DNA of 32,000 nt from Halomicrobium mukohataei DSM 12286 (GTDB lineage Archaea; Halobacteriota; Halobacteria; Halobacteriales; Haloarculaceae): contig NC_013202.1 in the NCBI RefSeq assembly GCF_000023965.1, positions 2,970,001 to 3,002,000 of the forward strand. Reading direction: 5' to 3'. Shown one piece after another: positions 1 to 7,402 of this stretch (positions are counted from its first letter, which is position 1; every line of letters starts with the position of its first letter). The notes under the pieces were generated by a model. The model had not been told where the DNA came from and searched no databases. It was given only the letters and a program-made list of their open reading frames with translations. The position numbers and the translations under genes are program-made.

Positions 1-14
1 GAGAGTTCTACTAG

Positions 15-84
15 ACCACCTTTTTCCGCTTCGGGTTCGCGCGGAGCGCGAACCGCTCGCGCAAAAACGTGGGCGAAAAAGACC
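15..84. repeat. Imperfect palindromic element of ~70 bp, copy 1, with an oligo-T tract on both strands
   Basis: The sequence is ACCACCTTTTTCCGCTTCGGGTTCGCGCGGAGCGCGAACCGCTCGCGCAAAAACGTGGGCGAAA. The core stem is GGTTCGCG (34-41) / CGCGAACC (47-54). The outer arms are CCACCTTTTT / AAAAACGTGG. It aligns with 907-975 at roughly 85-90 % identity by eye. Confidence 0.7.
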
Positions 85-256
85 GCGAGTCGTGCCTGAC
101 TCACGGCTTCGCCGTTCGTCTTTCGAGATTCCGAAGGAATCTCGCCACCGGCGCGCTCGCGGTGTTGTGCGTGAACACCGCGAACGCACTGCTCGTCAGA
201 GCTTGCTCTGACGGTGAATCGCGCGAACGACCGGGTTCTTCGAGCCGTTCGTTCGC
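34..256. repeat. Run of five consecutive GC-rich stem-loops in a non-coding stretch
   Basis: The stems are 34-54 (8 bp), 124-144 (CGAGATTCC-GAA-GGAATCTCG, 9 bp), 159-181 (GCGGTGTT/AACACCGC), 194-213 (CGTCAGAG-CTTG-CTCTGACG) and 223-256 (GCGAACGA/TCGTTCGC with an inner CGG/CCG). No convincing ORF covers the region. Confidence 0.6.
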
Positions 257-483
257 ACGAGTGCTACAGTTCTCCAACCGGCTACGATGATCTCGATCAG
301 TACGATCAACACGAGCAGTTACCGGCTGTTGATTCTTGTCGCCGTTTGCCCGGGCCACGGCGTCCGACTGAACGCTGTGAGAACCGGCTCTGGAGACGAG
401 GGCCGGAGTCTCCCGGTGACGTACGGTCGGTCCGGTAACGATCGACAGTCCTCCGTCTGAAATCCACGAACGAAAGTTAACAC

Positions 484-489
484 ATATAT
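484..489 (+). promoter_or_regulatory. TATA-like box (ATATAT) for the TFS-like gene
   Basis: An AT-rich hexamer is preceded by purine-rich CGAAAG. It lies ~27-32 nt upstream of the ATG at 516, the spacing expected for a leaderless haloarchaeal transcript. Confidence 0.5.
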
Positions 490-515
490 CCGACAACCGC
501 GTGTTCCGACGGTGT

Positions 516-833
516 ATGCGATTCTGTGACGAGTGTAGTTCGATGATGCACACGGAGGGCGACACGTGGGTGTGTCGCTCCTGTGAGAACGAGGAATCAC
601 GGGACTCGCACGCCGAAGCGGCGATGACGACCCAGGACGGACAGCGGGACGACGGGGCACCCGCCGTCGCCGACGCGACCCAAGACGCCACCGAGACGAT
701 GCACGAGTCCTGTCCGGCCGAAGGCTGTGACAGCGACCGGGCCGGCTACGAGATGCTGCCCAAGCCGGGCGGCTCCTACGAGGTTCGACTGTTCACCTGC
801 GTCGAGTGTGGCCACAAGTGGCGCGAGTCCTGA
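516..833 (+). CDS. Transcription factor S (TFS/TFIIS-like) paralogue with two zinc ribbons and a non-canonical acidic loop
   Basis: The N-terminal ribbon is MRFCDECSSMM...WVCRSC. The C-terminal ribbon is CPAEGC...FTCVECGHKW, the typical TFIIS_C ending. I prefer the ATG at 516 over the GTG at 501 because of the upstream TATA. Confidence 0.8.
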   Translation: MRFCDECSSMMHTEGDTWVCRSCENEESRDSHAEAAMTTQDGQRDDGAPAVADATQDATETMHESCPAEGCDSDRAGYEMLPKPGGSYEVRLFTCVECGHKWRES

Positions 834-843
834 CGGCGCAACG

Positions 844-899
844 CCCGTCGAATCAGGGTTTGCCCGGCAGTACTTCGGGCTCTCCAGACCGATGGATAT
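844..899. repeat. Direct repeat copy A: a displaced duplicate of the 3' end of the gene at 1008-2174
   Basis: CCCGTCGAATCAGGGTTTGCCCGGCAGTACTTCGGGCTCTCCAGACCGATGGATAT matches 999-1054 at an offset of 155 bp with 3 mismatches (880, 894, 898). Weaker similarity extends back to 836/991. Confidence 0.85.
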
Positions 900-906
900 C
901 CTGGCA

Positions 907-975
907 ACCACCTTTTTCCCGCTCGGGTTCGCGCTTCGCGCGAACCGCTCTCGGCAAAAACGTGGGCGAAAGAAG
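907..975. repeat. Imperfect palindromic element, copy 2; candidate bidirectional terminator between convergent genes
   Basis: ACCACCTTTTTCCCGCTCGGGTTCGCGCTTCGCGCGAACCGCTCTCGGCAAAAACGTGGGCGAAAG. T5 lies at 913-917 on the plus strand and A5 at 956-960, which is T5 on the minus strand. The element sits between the TFS stop (833) and the stop of the minus-strand gene (1008). Confidence 0.7.
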
Positions 976-998
976 CGGGATTCGCACACAGCGCGAAT

Positions 999-1054
999 CC
1001 CGTCGAATCAGGGTTTGCCCGGCAGTACTTCGGGTTCTCCAGACCGATAGATGT
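999..1054. repeat. Direct repeat copy B, overlapping the functional 3' end of the CDS at 1008-2174
   Basis: See copy A. This copy encodes the real C-terminus ...YRSGEPEVLPGKP*. Confidence 0.85.
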
Positions 1055-2174
1055 ACTCCACGGCCACGCCGGTCAGCGGCGAGTCGACGGCGGTCGCGTA
1101 CTCCTTGGCCAGATCGAGGTACTGTTCGGTGATGTCGACGACGCGGCGGTAGGCGGCCTCGTCGTCGGGGGCCAGCAGGTACTCGGCGGTGACTGGGGTT
1201 AACTGTCCCTCGCGGCGGTCGTCGGCGTAGTCGTCCACGTCGTCGAGCCAGATCTGTGCGCCGACGATCGCGAGCACGATGGCGCGGGCGAACTCGTCTT
1301 CGATGTCGAGGCCGGCGAGTCGGTACAGGTCGAGCATGCCGTCGTACAGCACGCCGACCCGAGCGTACTGCGTCTTCATGTACGGTAGCGCTCGTTCGGT
1401 CTCGGAGAACAGTTCGGCGACGTCGTCGTCGGTGAACGCGGCGAACTTGTACTCGTCGCGAACGTCTGCGAGTGCCGTGTCGTCGCCGTCTTCGGCGGCG
1501 TCCACGAGGTCCCGAAAGTGGGCGTCCCGGTCCTGGTGGGCCTCACTGTAGTCGACGGCCCACTGGTAGCGCCGGGCGACGATCGGCGGCAGCCCGTCGA
1601 GGATCTCTTCGAGGTGGTCCTGGAGCGCGCGCTGTGCGACCTCGGCGACGCGGCGCATCTCGTCGGGCTCGAAGTCGACGGCGAAGTCCTCGAACTCGGC
1701 GTCGTTGATCGCGTCGCGCATGTCGCCGTCGATCAGCGCCTCGATGGAGAGGCGGGTCATCTGCTCGGCCCGAACGACCATCTCTCGGGGCGACAGCTCC
1801 TGACCGGGGCCGGCCTGGAGCGCCGTCTCGTCGACGCCGGGAACGCCGCTTTCGATCTCGTCGGTCACGGGGTCCTCGCCGGCCCGCTGGCGCGCGCGGC
1901 GGTAGACGTAGCCAAGCGTCAGCTGTGCGGGCAACACGAGCTTCGTGTCGTACTCGAAGCTGACGCTGTCGCGGTCGAACGCCTCCGCGAGAGCGTCCTC
2001 GACGAGCGCGAACACGTCGTCGATCATCCGCTCGGTTCGATCGTCGATCTCGCCTTTCAGCGACAGACTCCCGTAGTCGAAGACGCCAGCGTCGGCGTAG
2101 TAGCCAAGCACCGCTCTGACTGCCGTCGGGAGCCGACTGCTGTCGGCGAGTCGCCCTGCACCTGTCTTGAGCAT
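1008..2174 (-). CDS. Conserved very acidic hypothetical protein with Asp-rich motifs faintly reminiscent of isoprenoid (phytoene/squalene) synthases
   Basis: The long ORF has GC-rich third codon positions. The start is the ATG at 2174 (MLKTGAG...), with a GTG at 2183 as an alternative. Motifs are EIDDRTERMIDDV near the N-terminus and IWLDDVDDYADDRREGQLTPV near the C-terminus. Confidence 0.7.
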   Translation of the reverse strand: MLKTGAGRLADSSRLPTAVRAVLGYYADAGVFDYGSLSLKGEIDDRTERMIDDVFALVEDALAEAFDRDSVSFEYDTKLVLPAQLTLGYVYRRARQRAGEDPVTDEIESGVPGVDETALQAGPGQELSPREMVVRAEQMTRLSIEALIDGDMRDAINDAEFEDFAVDFEPDEMRRVAEVAQRALQDHLEEILDGLPPIVARRYQWAVDYSEAHQDRDAHFRDLVDAAEDGDDTALADVRDEYKFAAFTDDDVAELFSETERALPYMKTQYARVGVLYDGMLDLYRLAGLDIEDEFARAIVLAIVGAQIWLDDVDDYADDRREGQLTPVTAEYLLAPDDEAAYRRVVDITEQYLDLAKEYATAVDSPLTGVAVEYIYRSGEPEVLPGKP

Positions 2175-2301
2175 TGAGACCACCTGCGGACGAAATCGCC
2201 CGCGCTATCGAAGTGCTGTGCTCGGCGGGGGCTTTACGCTTTCGAGAGACGCGGCGACGACGTTCAGCAAGACTCATTACCGACACGTCGTATCACAGGA
2301 T

Positions 2302-3534
2302 ATGAGTGAGCGTTTTGACGTGGTCGTCGCCGGTGCCGGGCCAGCAGGAGCCCAGTGTGCCCGGGACCTGGCTGCGCGGAACTACGACGTTCTCGTCCTC
2401 GAAACGGAGCCAGAAGACGGGTTCCCACGTCAAAGCAACAAGTCGACGGCAGGTACCTTCCCCTCGATGATGGCGTCGTTTTCGATCCCCGACGACGTGG
2501 TCATGCAGTACACGGACAGCGTCGTCCTCGAATCGCCCAACGACTACTACGTCCAGGACCAGGCCGGCGCGGTGCTGGAGTTCGCCGAGTTCAAGCAGTT
2601 CCTCGTCGCCGACAGCCGCGAGAAGGGCGCAGAGTATCGCTTCGACTCGCGGGTGACCGCCCCGATCACCGAAGACGGCGAGATCGTCGGCGTCAGCTAC
2701 AACGGCGATCGAGAGGTCTACGCCGAGATCGTCGTCGACGCGACGGGACCGGCCGCGCCGCTGGCGAAGAAACTCGACGTGTGTGACCTGAAGCGCGAGC
2801 ACCAGGCCATCGGGATCGAGTACGAGTTCGAGAACGTCGACGTGAACCACCCCGAGTACGCCGACCTCCGGGACGCGATGATGCTCCGACTGGACCACGA
2901 CCTCGCACCGGGTGGGTACTCGTGGATCTTCCACACGGGCGGGCGCTCGGCGAAGGTCGGGCTCTGCTACATCCAAAACGACTCTCACAGCCAGCGGGCG
3001 AAGGATGGAATGGGCATCGACGACTACCTCGACTACTGGCTCGACCGCGATCCCCGCTTCGACGACGCCGAGAAGCTCGAATCGAAACAACACCGCGGCT
3101 CGGCACACATCCAGCGGCCGTCCTCTATGAGCACGGACTCGTTCATGGCGATCGGCGACACCGTCCCGACGATCGATCCGCTGTGGGGCGAGGGGATCCA
3201 CAAGGGGATGAAGTCGGCTCGGATGGCCGCGATCACCGCCGACGCCTGCCTCACGCCCGAGACGCCCAACACCGACGCCGAGACGATGGCGACCTACGAC
3301 AAGCTCTGGCACAGCGAGGTCGCACCGCGGGCCCGCGAGCGGCTGTTGATGACGGAGCTGCTCTATCTCGTTCCCAACAGCCGCTACGACCAGCTGATGG
3401 CCGACCTGAAGGAAGTCGGTGCGGGGACGCTCGCACGCGTCAACGCCGGTGAGAAGCGCGCGATCAGCAAGCTGTTGCACCTCTCGGACCTGCCGACGCT
3501 CGTGAAGTACGCCCGTCGGCGACTGAGCGCCTGA
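2302..3534 (+). CDS. FAD-dependent geranylgeranyl reductase family oxidoreductase
   Basis: The start is the ATG at 2302 (MSERFDVVVAGAGPAGAQCARDLA..., a GxGxxG dinucleotide fold). It also carries GGYSWIF and a C-terminal AIGDT...G motif typical of GGR/FixC-like flavoproteins. The upstream part of the ORF (2167-2301) has no such signal. Confidence 0.85.
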   Translation: MSERFDVVVAGAGPAGAQCARDLAARNYDVLVLETEPEDGFPRQSNKSTAGTFPSMMASFSIPDDVVMQYTDSVVLESPNDYYVQDQAGAVLEFAEFKQFLVADSREKGAEYRFDSRVTAPITEDGEIVGVSYNGDREVYAEIVVDATGPAAPLAKKLDVCDLKREHQAIGIEYEFENVDVNHPEYADLRDAMMLRLDHDLAPGGYSWIFHTGGRSAKVGLCYIQNDSHSQRAKDGMGIDDYLDYWLDRDPRFDDAEKLESKQHRGSAHIQRPSSMSTDSFMAIGDTVPTIDPLWGEGIHKGMKSARMAAITADACLTPETPNTDAETMATYDKLWHSEVAPRARERLLMTELLYLVPNSRYDQLMADLKEVGAGTLARVNAGEKRAISKLLHLSDLPTLVKYARRRLSA

Positions 3535-3555
3535 CTGTCGCGGTCGTTCAGCAGC

Positions 3556-3561
3556 TTTTTT
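3556..3561 (+). terminator. Oligo-T (T6) tract downstream of the GGR-family gene
   Basis: CAGCTTTTTTGCC lies 22 nt after the stop at 3534. Archaeal RNAP terminates at oligo-T tracts. Confidence 0.45.
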
Positions 3562-3585
3562 GCCGGCCACCCGGATGCACTACCA

Positions 3586-4329
3586 ATGAGTTCTGGGGCA
3601 CCAGTCGTCGGTGTCGTCGGTGAGGTCGACGACGACCTCGCCGACGCAATCGAAGACGCAGGGGGCCAGGTGCGAACCGGCACAGCCGAGGCCGTCGTCG
3701 CAGACGCCCCTGACGTAGTGGTCGCCGTCGGCGAGCCCGCGACGCTCGCGGTCGCACGCCAGCGACCGTCGATGCCGGTCGTGCCCGTCGACGCGGGTCG
3801 TGGGCTCCGCTCGGTTCCCGGAGCGGCCGCCGTCGAGGCGGCCCCCTCGATCGTCGCCGGAGAGTGGACGACAGAATCTCACCCGCTCGTTGCCGTCGAG
3901 TTGGACGGCGAGCGAGTCGACTGCGCCCTGCTCGACGTGACCCTCGTCACGTCGGAGGCCGCCCGGATCTCCGAGTTCGCCGTCACCGCACGGGCGACCC
4001 ACGTCGGGCAGTTCCGGGCCGACGGCGTCGTCGTCGCCACGCCGGCCGGAACGCCCGGGTACGCACGGCAGGTCGGAACGCCGATCGTCGCCGCCGAGAC
4101 CGGCGTCCTCGCGGTCGCTCCGATCGCACCCTTCGCGACCAACCCCGACCACTGGATCGTGGGCGACGAACGGATCACTCTCACCGTCGAACGGGACGAA
4201 GCCGACGTGACGCTGTTTGCCGACGATCGGTCCGTCGCTCCGGTCCCACCCGGAGAGACGGTGACACTGACGACAGAACGATCGGTCACGGTCGCCGTGC
4301 TTCCGGCGAGTCGGCCCAGATTCCCGTAG
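3586..4329 (+). CDS. ATP-NAD kinase (PpnK) family protein with a degenerate GGDG motif
   Basis: ADGVVVATPAGTPGYARQVGTPIV matches the conserved NAD-kinase DG..v.TptGSTaY...aGGpi. The position of the GGDG motif reads VVAVGEPAT. Confidence 0.7.
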   Translation: MSSGAPVVGVVGEVDDDLADAIEDAGGQVRTGTAEAVVADAPDVVVAVGEPATLAVARQRPSMPVVPVDAGRGLRSVPGAAAVEAAPSIVAGEWTTESHPLVAVELDGERVDCALLDVTLVTSEAARISEFAVTARATHVGQFRADGVVVATPAGTPGYARQVGTPIVAAETGVLAVAPIAPFATNPDHWIVGDERITLTVERDEADVTLFADDRSVAPVPPGETVTLTTERSVTVAVLPASRPRFP

Positions 4330-4381
4330 GCCGGACCGAGAATTGGAAAGACACTAATGGGCGTCGGACGGATTTGCTTCT

Positions 4382-4810
4382 ATGGAGCCGTTCGTCAACA
4401 TCTTCGGGCAGCTGGACACGCTCCAGAGTTTTATCGAGCCTGTCCTGCTCGTGCTCGTCGTCGCCAACATGGCGACGCGATACCTCGCCCACAACCGTCA
4501 CGTCGAACAGTACGAGGACGGCGGTGCGGACGCGATCAGCCGCTTTATTCCTCACGAGGCGACCAACGTGCTGTTGATGCTGGCCTCGTTTTACTACCTC
4601 ACCGTCAACCACCACGGGGGGATGGTCCTCTCGATGTTCGTGGCGGGACTGCTCATCACCGACCTCTTCGAGTTCGAGTCCCGGAAGGTCGAAGCCCGTC
4701 GTGACGTCCCGCTGGATCGGCCGAAGGCGTCGCTGAGCCTCTGGACGCTGTCGCTTCTGTACCTGGGCTTCCAGATGCTCTTTACCGGGACGATCGGAAC
4801 GATCATCTGA
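4382..4810 (+). CDS. Conserved integral membrane protein of unknown function
   Basis: The ATG-initiated ORF has about 4 hydrophobic segments (LLVLVVANMA, LLMLASFYYL, VLSMFVAGLLI, LWTLSLLYLGFQMLF) and a typical codon pattern. Confidence 0.7.
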   Translation: MEPFVNIFGQLDTLQSFIEPVLLVLVVANMATRYLAHNRHVEQYEDGGADAISRFIPHEATNVLLMLASFYYLTVNHHGGMVLSMFVAGLLITDLFEFESRKVEARRDVPLDRPKASLSLWTLSLLYLGFQMLFTGTIGTII

Positions 4811-5180
4811 GACGGGCCGTCGCCGTCGTCCGGTCGACCGCACGTGGCGTGCGGTCGGCCGGTGATTGCTACCGAGCAGTGTGGGACCGACAGTCGTCGC
4901 TTCGTCTCCGATCGGGGACACGCATTCGTGGCCACGTTTTTGCTCTGTGATTGGCAGCTCCCGTTTCGACGCCGCCAGAGCGCTCGCCGGCTCAGCGCCC
5001 ACAGTGGTGTAGTCGGCCGTCGCCGTCACGAGCGCTGCGCTAGGCCCGGTACGAACTGTGTCGAGACGGCGCAAGCGATGTTGCTGGCGTCGCCCGCTCC
5101 ACGAAGCACCGCAATCTCACGGCAGAGAGCAAACCCGCTGTCGACCTCACGTGCCGGAACACCGAGACCGACGCCGTCGA

Positions 5181-5453
5181 TCAGTTGCTACGCTCGGCCC
5201 AGACCTGACGGCCTTCCTCGACCAGCGGGATCAGGAGCCAGAACGTGAGCGCGCCGATGATGGCGAACCAGAAGAAGGCGTCGCCCATGAACAGGGCCAC
5301 CTGGTCGTAGACCGTCAGCGCCTCTGCGGGGGGCGCTTCACCGGTCAGCTGTGCGCCTTCGAAGCTCGGAGTCTTGTACCAGCCGGCGACCGTCATCCAG
5401 CCGAGACCCCCGATCACGAGGGCAGATAGCCCTTTGATGAACTCGTCAGCCAT
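5181..5453 (-). CDS. Small membrane protein, last gene of the bc-associated cluster
   Basis: The start is the ATG at 5453 (MADEFIKGLSALVIGGLGWMTVAGW...). It has 2 TM segments and overlaps the stop of the upstream gene by 8 nt. Confidence 0.65.
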   Translation of the reverse strand: MADEFIKGLSALVIGGLGWMTVAGWYKTPSFEGAQLTGEAPPAEALTVYDQVALFMGDAFFWFAIIGALTFWLLIPLVEEGRQVWAERSN

Positions 5454-5760
5454 TACCTGAATCTTCGGCAGCGTCGTCTTTAGACTTTCCCATTTCCTCG
5501 GTGCGAAAGCGCGTCGAGAAGGCGTAGACGACGGCACCAAACACGATCAGTCCGATCCCGGCGAGTGCGACGATCGGGTCGATCTCCGAGGCCGGAAGCG
5601 TCGCTCGTTCAGTTGCCCGGTCGACGAGCACGAAGCCACCGACGACGCCGACGACCGCAAAGAGCGTCGAGAACACGGTGACGGTCTTGTACACCCGGAG
5701 CGGGACGACCACGTCTCGGTCCTGGTCTGTGTCCGCGTCGACCGACTGTTCGTCCGTCAT
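5446..5760 (-). CDS. Small membrane protein with an acidic N-terminus and 2 TM segments, bc-associated
   Basis: The protein begins MTDEQSVDADTDQDRD and continues with two hydrophobic helices. It is translationally coupled to 5181-5453. Confidence 0.65.
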   Translation of the reverse strand: MTDEQSVDADTDQDRDVVVPLRVYKTVTVFSTLFAVVGVVGGFVLVDRATERATLPASEIDPIVALAGIGLIVFGAVVYAFSTRFRTEEMGKSKDDAAEDSGNG

Positions 5761-5824
5761 CGGCTGCTCTAGGAGCGGCAGCTACTTATATGGGGCGAGA
5801 CGGCGACAGAAGAGCGACGACGGA

Positions 5825-6592
5825 TTACTTCGGCGGTCGCAGCCGGTAGTAACGGCGGTTGAGGTTGAACATGTACCCCTCTCGCATCGTCCGGAGCGCG
5901 GCGTAGGTGATCGCTCCACAGACGATCGGGAACAGGAAGCTCAGGTCGAGCAGGAGGTCCGAGCTCATGGGAATGAGGTTCTGGACCGACAGCGCCGCGA
6001 TGGTCAGGCTGAAGACGACGCCAGCCATCCCGACGGCCGCCCAGAACGGCTGTTCGACCGGCCGGCGCGCCGAGCCCTTGTTGAGGAAGGGGACGATCGC
6101 GACGAATCCGACGACGACGACGTTCGCGATGACGCCGTACATCCGGTCGCTCATCAGCTTCTGGCCGCCGAGGAGGCTTATTTCGGGATTGAGCGACTGG
6201 AGCTTCAGCAGGCCAAAGGACCAGTACAGATACCAGTCGGGCAGGATGATCGCCGGGGTCTGGTTGGCGTTGGCCGGGTGGGGCATCTCGGGGGGGAGCG
6301 CGGCCGAGAGGAACAGGATCATGCCCACGAAAAAGGAGGTGAGCGCGAGGTTGCGCATCATCTCGTGGGGCCAGGCCGGGAACGCCAGCACGTCGCGCTC
6401 GACGTAGTCCGACTGCTGGCGCAGGTCCTGGTCTTCACGCCGGGACCGCTCGAAGTACTCGTAAGTCAGGCGCGCGAGTCCCTCGGTTCGTTCCTTGCGC
6501 TCTCGCCACGTCGGCGTCTCGTCGTCCGGCGCGACGATGCCTGTGCCAGACCCGTCCGTGCGAACGTCGTCGTTGGTGTCGTTGTCGCTCAT
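5825..6592 (-). CDS. petD: Cytochrome bc complex subunit IV-like protein (C-terminal half of cytochrome b)
   Basis: ILPDWYLYWSFGLLKL corresponds to the PEWYFLFAY motif of the cytochrome b C-terminal domain / b6f subunit IV. There are 3-4 TM helices. The start lies 2 nt after the cytochrome b stop. Confidence 0.85.
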   Translation of the reverse strand: MSDNDTNDDVRTDGSGTGIVAPDDETPTWRERKERTEGLARLTYEYFERSRREDQDLRQQSDYVERDVLAFPAWPHEMMRNLALTSFFVGMILFLSAALPPEMPHPANANQTPAIILPDWYLYWSFGLLKLQSLNPEISLLGGQKLMSDRMYGVIANVVVVGFVAIVPFLNKGSARRPVEQPFWAAVGMAGVVFSLTIAALSVQNLIPMSSDLLLDLSFLFPIVCGAITYAALRTMREGYMFNLNRRYYRLRPPK

Positions 6593-6594
6593 GA

Positions 6595-7398
6595 TTAGTG
6601 TGGTTCAGCGATGCCCTGCATCCAGACGATACCGATGTGGACCGCGATGATCGCAGTCGTGATGAACGGCAGGAAGAACACGTGCAGGATGTACATCCGT
6701 TGTAACGTGCTCTGTGACAGGGTGAACCCGCCGAACATCAGCTGTGCGACCCACTCGCCGATGAGCGGGATCGACAGCGCCATCTCGACGCCGATCTGGC
6801 CGGCCCAGTAGCTCAGCTGGCTCCAGGGCAGCAGGTAGCCCGTGTACCCGAACACGAGCGTCAGCGAGATCAGCACGATGCCGATGATCCAGTTGACCTC
6901 ACGGGGTTCCTTGTACGCGCCGGTGAAGTAGACCCGGAGCATGTGGAGGAACACGGCGGCCACCATCACCTGCGCGGACCAGCGGTGGATCGAGCGCAGG
7001 AGGTACCCGAGGTTGAGCTCGCCCATGATGAGCTGGACCGACTCGTAGGCGACCGTCGCGGTCCCGTCGGAGGCGGCCGCGGCCGGTGCGTAGTAGAACC
7101 CGAGCAAAGCCCCGCTGATCGCCGCGACGACGTAGGAGATCGTCGAGAACGACCCGAGCGCGTACAGCGGGTACCAGTACCAGAACTTGTTGTCGAGGTT
7201 GTACTGTTCCGTGTGGCTCTTTGGCATCTGCATGTTGACCTTGTAGTACAGGTCTTCGAGCAGTTCCAGGTAGTCGACGATGCGCAGTCGCTTGTCGAGC
7301 CACAGCAGCGCCGTCAGGTAGATGGATTCCAGCGTCGTCAGCTCTCTGGACTCCATCCACCCTTTGTGGTCGTGGTCGTCTTTGCGTTCTAAACTCAT
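6595..7398 (-). CDS. petB: Cytochrome b/b6 (N-terminal four-helix heme-binding half)
   Basis: The sequence RSIHRWSAQVMVAAVFLHMLRVYFTGAYKEPREVNWIIGIVL...GYLLPWSQLSYWA carries the bis-His heme ligand pairs and the conserved PW/W motifs. Confidence 0.95.
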   Translation of the reverse strand: MSLERKDDHDHKGWMESRELTTLESIYLTALLWLDKRLRIVDYLELLEDLYYKVNMQMPKSHTEQYNLDNKFWYWYPLYALGSFSTISYVVAAISGALLGFYYAPAAAASDGTATVAYESVQLIMGELNLGYLLRSIHRWSAQVMVAAVFLHMLRVYFTGAYKEPREVNWIIGIVLISLTLVFGYTGYLLPWSQLSYWAGQIGVEMALSIPLIGEWVAQLMFGGFTLSQSTLQRMYILHVFFLPFITTAIIAVHIGIVWMQGIAEPH

Positions 7399-7402
7399 TG
7401 TT

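Noticed and set aside
287-460. A 57-aa ATG-initiated ORF (MISISTINTSSYRLLILVAVCPGH...)
   Set aside because: It has a weak codon pattern, no upstream TATA at the right distance and no motif. I cannot support it from sequence alone.
69-691. Several overlapping ORFs (69-290, 101-691, 214-438, 319-660) at the window start
   Set aside because: They mutually overlap, are Arg/Ser/Pro-rich, carry no motifs and run through the stem-loop array and the TFS promoter. The region is better explained as non-coding repeat-rich DNA.
5004-5017. A tRNA-like D-arm string, GTGGTGTAGTCGGC, in the 4811-5180 intergenic region
   Set aside because: No acceptor stem, anticodon arm or GTTCGAATC-type T-loop can be built around it, so no cloverleaf forms.
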